In this document: piece after piece, positions 6,750 through 11,040 of the stretch
How the letters are laid out: each line of letters starts with the position of its first letter
Position numbering within the stretch: the stretch's first letter is position 1
Assembly: GCA_041640035.1 (NCBI GenBank)
Contig: JBEQBC010000020.1
Location: 1-11,040, forward strand
Direction: 5' to 3'
Source of the DNA: Candidatus Nanohaloarchaea archaeon
Lineage (GTDB): Archaea; Nanohalarchaeota; Nanosalinia; Nanosalinales; Nanosalinaceae
Length of the DNA stretch: 11,040 bases
Notes under the pieces: model-generated
Told to the model about the DNA's origin: nothing
Databases searched by the model: none
The model's input: the letters and a program-made list of their open reading frames with translations, nothing else
Made by a program: the position numbers and the translations under genes

Positions 6750-9593
6750 ATGAGCGAGTTTGCATCCAAACTAAATGTTATACAGGAAAAATGGCAGGAA
6801 AAATGGAACGAAGAACGGATCTACGAATCAGATCCGAACAAGGATGACAAGTTCTTCATAACCGTCGCATATCCCTACCCAAGCGGAGGAATGCACATCG
6901 GACATGTACGGACATTCACCCTGCCAGATGTTTTCTCCCGTTTCAAACGGATGCAAGGATATAATGTACTCTTCCCTATGGCCTGGCATGTTACAGGTAC
7001 GCCGATCATCGGAGCGCTCGACAGACTGAAAGAAGGAGAAGAAGAACAGTGGGAAGTACTTACAGACACCTACAATGTTCCAGAAGATGTTCTCGAGCAG
7101 ATGGAAGAGCCTATGGACTTCGCAGACTACTTCATTGAGAACAGCTACAAGCCGAACATGAAGAAGCTTGGTTTTGGAGTCGACTGGAGAAGAGAGTTTA
7201 CTACAAACGACGATAAATACAGCAAGTTCATCGAATGGCAGTACAAACGACTTCACGACCAGAACCTAGTCGAAAAAGGAATGCATCCAACCAAATACTG
7301 CCTCAACGATGAAAACCCGGTAACTACACACGATCTCCTGGAAGGAGAGACAGCTGAGAAACAGGACTACACACTTGTCAAGTTCGAAGGAGAAGACTTC
7401 AAACTCCCGATGGCAACACTAAGACCGGAGACAGTTTACGGAGTAACACATACACTCGTAGACCCAGAAGCCACATATAAGATCGTAGAGGTCGACGGAG
7501 AAGAGAACTGGGTTCTCAGCTCGGAAGCAGTGGAGAAGCTTCAGCATCAGGACCGAAAACTGGTAGAGGTATCCGAGATCGAGGGAGAAGAACTTGTAGG
7601 AAGAAGGATTACCAATCCTGTGACGAAGGAAAAAGTACTCATACTACCCGCCACATTCGTGGACACTGACTCAGGTTCCGGACTCGTCATGTCCGTACCG
7701 GCACACGCACCTTACGACTACATCTCACTTGAAGACCTGAAGAACAGTCCGGACACGCTTCGAGAGTATGGACTGGATGTAGAAGAGGTCAGAGATATCG
7801 AACCAATCCAGATAATCAATGTAGAAGGATATGATAGCTACCCTGCTGTAGAGGCTTGTGAAGAATACGGAGTGGAAAGCCAGGACGACGAGGAAGCACT
7901 GGAGAAGGCTACAGAAGAGGTATACGAGAAAGAGTTCCACAGCGGCACCTTGAATTCTTCATGCGGAGAATTCACCGGAAACAAGGTCAACGATGTAAAG
8001 GATAAAATCATCCGGACCTTTGAGGACAGCGGTGAGTTTGACTCCATGTACGATTTCTCAGAGGAAGTTGTCTGCCGATGCGGGGGCAAAGTAGTGGTCT
8101 CACTTCAGGAGTCCTGGTTCCTCAGTTACGGAGACCGTGGCTGGAAGGACAAAGTCCACAAGAACCTTGACGAGATGAACATCATCCCTGGAGACAAATG
8201 TCAGGACTACGAACACACGATTGACTGGCTTGAATCCTGGCCAGCAATCCGGAACTACGGACTCGGTACCAAGATGCCGTTCGACGATGACTTCATCGTA
8301 GAGCCGCTCAGCGACTCAACAATCTACATGAGCTTCTACACAATCAAACATATTATAGACGATATCGAAGCGGAGAAGCTGGAACCTGAGTTCTTCGACT
8401 ATGTATACAACGGCGAAGGCGATCCTGAAGAACTAGCTGAAGCACTTGATATTGATCAGGAGATTATCGAGGAAGCTCATGAAAGCTTCGAGTACTGGTA
8501 CCCATTAGACTGGAGAACATCCGGTCATGATCTGGTTCAGAATCATCTTACTTTCATGATGTTCCACCATACAGCCTTGTTCGATGAGGAGAACTGGCCG
8601 CAGGGAATAGCAACCTGGGGAATGGGAACTCTCGAAGGAGAAAAAATGAGCTCCTCAAAAGGACATGTAGTACTGCCCGATGAAGCAATTCAAGAGTATG
8701 GAGCTGATACAGTAAGGTTCTTCCTTTTCGCATCCGTCGAGCCATGGCAGGACTTCGACTGGCGTGCAAAAGAAGTAGAAAAATACCAGAACAAGCTTCG
8801 AAGCTTCTACAACCGTACAATCGAAATGGACGAAGAAAGCGAGGAAAGAGAGAAAACAACACTAGACAAGTACGCTCTCTCTCGGCTACAGCACATAATC
8901 GAAGAAACAACAGAAGGACTGGAAGACTTCCAGACACGGAAAGCCGGACTGAACGCATTCTTCGAACTTAACAGCCTGATCAACAAGTACAGGAAGCGTT
9001 CCGAAACCCTCAACAAGGAAGTTGTCGATCAGCTGACTTCAGCTCAGGTCCGTTTGATGGCTCCTTTCACACCTCATATATGTGAGGAGCTATGGAGCAA
9101 GCTTGGAAACGACGGATTTGTATCCAAAGCTGAATGGCCTGAAGTTGACGAAAGCCTGATTGATGATGAAGTTGAGAGCCGTCAGGAGTTCGTTGAAGCG
9201 ATGGTCGAAGATATCAGAGAGCTTGAGGACATGGTTGACAGCTTTGAAACAGTCAAGCTCGTTCTCGCAGATGAATGGAAGCGTGAAGTGTTCGATGAAC
9301 TTCACAGTGTTGTTGAGGAACGACCTGAGTTCGGTGAAGCAATGGGACGCATGGTTGACGGAAGGAAAGATCACGCAGACCAGATCAAGTCCTACCTTCA
9401 GGACTACCTGAACAACCCTGGCGACCTACCTCAGAGCTTTGATGAAGAGACTGAGAAGCAGATCATCGAGGAGAACAAGGAGTACCTTGAGAAAGAGTTC
9501 GATACAGATATAGAGATCGTCAAGGAAGCTGACACCGAGGACGAGAAAGCTGACAGAGCCGAGCCTGGTAAACCAGCCATCATACTTGAGTGA
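6750..9593 (+). CDS. leuS: Leucine--tRNA ligase, archaeal/eukaryotic type
   Basis: YPYPSGGMHIGH (HIGH), FPMAWHVTGTPI, DWRREFTT, CP1 editing motifs ATLRPETVYG and GSGLVMSVPAHAPYD, EPLSDSTIY, KMSSSKG (KMSKS variant), YGADTVR, C-terminal AEPGKPAI. Confidence 0.98.
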   Translation: MSEFASKLNVIQEKWQEKWNEERIYESDPNKDDKFFITVAYPYPSGGMHIGHVRTFTLPDVFSRFKRMQGYNVLFPMAWHVTGTPIIGALDRLKEGEEEQWEVLTDTYNVPEDVLEQMEEPMDFADYFIENSYKPNMKKLGFGVDWRREFTTNDDKYSKFIEWQYKRLHDQNLVEKGMHPTKYCLNDENPVTTHDLLEGETAEKQDYTLVKFEGEDFKLPMATLRPETVYGVTHTLVDPEATYKIVEVDGEENWVLSSEAVEKLQHQDRKLVEVSEIEGEELVGRRITNPVTKEKVLILPATFVDTDSGSGLVMSVPAHAPYDYISLEDLKNSPDTLREYGLDVEEVRDIEPIQIINVEGYDSYPAVEACEEYGVESQDDEEALEKATEEVYEKEFHSGTLNSSCGEFTGNKVNDVKDKIIRTFEDSGEFDSMYDFSEEVVCRCGGKVVVSLQESWFLSYGDRGWKDKVHKNLDEMNIIPGDKCQDYEHTIDWLESWPAIRNYGLGTKMPFDDDFIVEPLSDSTIYMSFYTIKHIIDDIEAEKLEPEFFDYVYNGEGDPEELAEALDIDQEIIEEAHESFEYWYPLDWRTSGHDLVQNHLTFMMFHHTALFDEENWPQGIATWGMGTLEGEKMSSSKGHVVLPDEAIQEYGADTVRFFLFASVEPWQDFDWRAKEVEKYQNKLRSFYNRTIEMDEESEEREKTTLDKYALSRLQHIIEETTEGLEDFQTRKAGLNAFFELNSLINKYRKRSETLNKEVVDQLTSAQVRLMAPFTPHICEELWSKLGNDGFVSKAEWPEVDESLIDDEVESRQEFVEAMVEDIRELEDMVDSFETVKLVLADEWKREVFDELHSVVEERPEFGEAMGRMVDGRKDHADQIKSYLQDYLNNPGDLPQSFDEETEKQIIEENKEYLEKEFDTDIEIVKEADTEDEKADRAEPGKPAIILE

Positions 9594-9599
9594 CTAATC

Positions 9600-9929
9600 A
9601 TGGTGAATAAAGGAGAAGCTGCTGGCGTACTGTATGTATGGCAGGACGAAATCGAGAGAGGGGTCTTCGACAACCCTCATTACTCCTTTGATGATGTTGA
9701 GGACGACCTAGGTAGAAGGCTTGCAGAGGACACCAAGGATTTCCTGAAAAACAATTACATACAGGAAGCGGATACGCATGGGGATGACGAACATTATCAG
9801 TTAACTGAGAAAGGTAAAGAAGCTGCTTACAAAGTTTACCAGTTTGTTGAGGACCGGCATAATGGAGAAGTAGATACCTTGATGGGTTGGACTGACGAAG
9901 ATACTGTCGACGATCTCTTGGATCAGTAG
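9600..9929 (+). CDS. Small acidic hypothetical protein, possible winged helix-turn-helix fold (109 aa)
   Basis: Starts 6 nt after the leuS stop, with GAGTGA as a possible SD. Composition matches the acidic proteome. L..NYI...YQLTEKGKEAA resembles the wing/terminal helix of PadR/MarR-like wHTH domains. Confidence 0.7.
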   Translation: MVNKGEAAGVLYVWQDEIERGVFDNPHYSFDDVEDDLGRRLAEDTKDFLKNNYIQEADTHGDDEHYQLTEKGKEAAYKVYQFVEDRHNGEVDTLMGWTDEDTVDDLLDQ

Positions 9930-10192
9930 TTTTTCAGAGATTCTTCGAGTGACTTGTCCAGATGTTCATCCACATCGATATTTTGGTCCAGTTCGTTCAG
10001 TGCTTTTCTCTGAGCTCTGACCAGGTCTTCCATCTTCTCAAGTCTTTGATTCATTAACGCCATGGCCACCCACATCTGACCTATAGATGCGTTCTCTGCT
10101 TCCATGTACTCTGTTTCGTGGTCCTGTACTGAGTCTAGAAGAGAGTTAAGTGATGCTTCAAGTCGGTCAGGAAGGTTTTCTATCCAGCCCAT
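9923..10192 (-). CDS. Small helical/coiled-coil hypothetical protein (about 89 aa)
   Basis: Acidic, with a heptad-like C-terminal half (MNQRLEKMEDLVRAQRKALNEL). The ORF-track start at 10378 overlaps the PPIase gene and gives an atypical hydrophobic N-terminus. The ATG at 10192 (MGWIENLP) leaves a 60-nt divergent gap with a TATA at suitable spacing; the ATG at 10231 is an alternative. Confidence 0.7.
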   Translation of the reverse strand: MGWIENLPDRLEASLNSLLDSVQDHETEYMEAENASIGQMWVAMALMNQRLEKMEDLVRAQRKALNELDQNIDVDEHLDKSLEESLKNY

Positions 10193-10220
10193 AATACTGT
10201 TATACTGATGGTCGTAGAAC

Positions 10221-10230
10221 TCTTTTAACA
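10221..10230. promoter_or_regulatory. Putative shared/bidirectional TATA element between the hypothetical (-) and the FKBP gene (+)
   Basis: TTTTAA at 10223-10228 is 25-30 nt before the ATG at 10253. It reads TTAAAAGA on -, about 29-36 nt before the ATG at 10192. Confidence 0.45.
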
Positions 10231-10252
10231 TTCCCGTAGCAAACAGTTCAAT

Positions 10253-10900
10253 ATGGAAAAAGGAGATCTTGTACTTGTAAACTACATCGGAAAAAATGAG
10301 GATGGAGAAATATTCGACCTGACTGTTGAAGAAAGAGCGAAGGAAGAAGGAATCCATCGAGACGACATAAACTACCAATCTATACCGGTACTGGTAGGAG
10401 AAAACTATGTAATCGACGGACTGGACGAAGCAATCCAGGAAATGGAAGTAGGCGAAGAAAAAGAAGTTGAAATCCCTCAGGAGAAAGCATACGGAGAAAG
10501 AGACAGTGAGGAAATCGAAACTTACCCTGAGAAAGAGTTCCAGAGACAGGATGTAAACCCGCGTCCCGGAGAAGAACTTATGATCGGAAACCGCCGTGGA
10601 AAAGTACTTACAAACAACTCAGGACGAGTAAGAATCGACTTCAACCACCCACTTTCAGGACAGGACCTCACCTACGAAGTAGAAATAGTTGAGAAAGTTG
10701 AAGACGAGGAAGAGAAGGTCAGTAAGATCTTCCAGCATGTAGTAGGACACGGTGACTACGAGATAGAGGACGGCGTAGTGAAGGCCGAGAAGGTCCACAG
10801 TCACGACGGGCATACACATGAGCTACCTGACGAGATGAAGGATAGATTCCGGGAGCAGGTAGAGAACTATACAGATTTCGAAGTAGAGTTCGTCGAGTAG
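10253..10900 (+). CDS. slyD: FKBP-type peptidyl-prolyl cis-trans isomerase, SlyD/archaeal long-type, with IF domain and His-rich C-terminal extension
   Basis: GDLVLVNYIG..GEIFDLT, VIDGLDEAI..M.VGEEKEVEIP..KAYGER, V.IDFNHPLSGQDLTYEVEIV; C-terminal HSHDGHTH. Confidence 0.93.
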   Translation: MEKGDLVLVNYIGKNEDGEIFDLTVEERAKEEGIHRDDINYQSIPVLVGENYVIDGLDEAIQEMEVGEEKEVEIPQEKAYGERDSEEIETYPEKEFQRQDVNPRPGEELMIGNRRGKVLTNNSGRVRIDFNHPLSGQDLTYEVEIVEKVEDEEEKVSKIFQHVVGHGDYEIEDGVVKAEKVHSHDGHTHELPDEMKDRFREQVENYTDFEVEFVE

Positions 10901-10902
10901 AA

Positions 10903-10918
10903 TTTTTTCCATATTTTC
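10903..10918 (+). terminator. Oligo-T archaeal-type terminator after the FKBP gene
   Basis: TTTTTTCCATATTTTC begins 2 nt after the TAG at 10898-10900. Confidence 0.5.
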
Positions 10919-10968
10919 TATAACCGGGTAAAACCGGTTTTCTTAACTTGATTCCGGGGTTTCAGCCA

Positions 10969-10978
10969 TTTTTATATA
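10969..10978 (+). promoter_or_regulatory. Consensus-like TATA box for the gene starting at 11037
   Basis: TTTTTATATA matches the archaeal TTTAWATA consensus. Confidence 0.6.
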
Positions 10979-11018
10979 CTTTGGTGGTAACACATTATAC
11001 AAAACGAAGCCTCATCAA

Positions 11019-11040
11019 AAGGAGTGTTCTGCAACAATGG
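11019..11040 (+). other. Shine-Dalgarno (AAGGAGTG) and start codon of an unidentified downstream CDS cut by the window edge
   Basis: GGAGTG at 11021-11026 and ATG at 11037-11039 (10-nt spacer). Only one full codon is visible. Confidence 0.5.

Noticed and set aside
6507-9673. Short alternative-frame and antisense ORFs overlapping leuS and the minD1 start
   Set aside because: Largely nested in or overlapping genuine CDSs, with no family features and non-halophilic composition.
10232-10378. N-terminal extension of the 9923..10378 ORF, resembling a membrane segment
   Set aside because: It overlaps the FKBP gene head-to-head by 126 bp; its hydrophobicity is an antisense artefact of A-rich FKBP codons.

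Overview
Gene-dense core chromosome of a halophilic archaeon. All proteins are very Asp/Glu-rich, but the DNA is only moderately GC-rich, with compact, overlapping genes and archaeal TATA-type promoters. This suggests Nanohaloarchaeota (DPANN) rather than high-GC Halobacteria (inference). The left half is an alpha-glucan/glycolysis cluster: a 5'-truncated amylo-alpha-1,6-glucosidase, archaeal tpiA and an ADP-dependent PFK/glucokinase on +, converging on a HIT protein plus phosphohexomutase on -. Next come two tandem minD paralogs (-), leuS with a small winged-helix-like ORF (+), a small coiled-coil hypothetical (-), an FKBP/SlyD PPIase (+), and the promoter/RBS of a gene starting at the right edge. 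I saw no RNA genes, CRISPR arrays or mobile elements. The most notable signals are at residue level: (1) a single-domain FHIT-like HIT protein with the transferase-type HxHxQ motif, coupled to the phosphohexomutase; (2) Asn in place of the catalytic switch-I Asp40 in both MinD paralogs, with further substitutions that differ between them; (3) an ADP-kinase with a mixed PFK/GK signature and a shortened lid segment. These are hypotheses; the sequence alone does not prove a new system.
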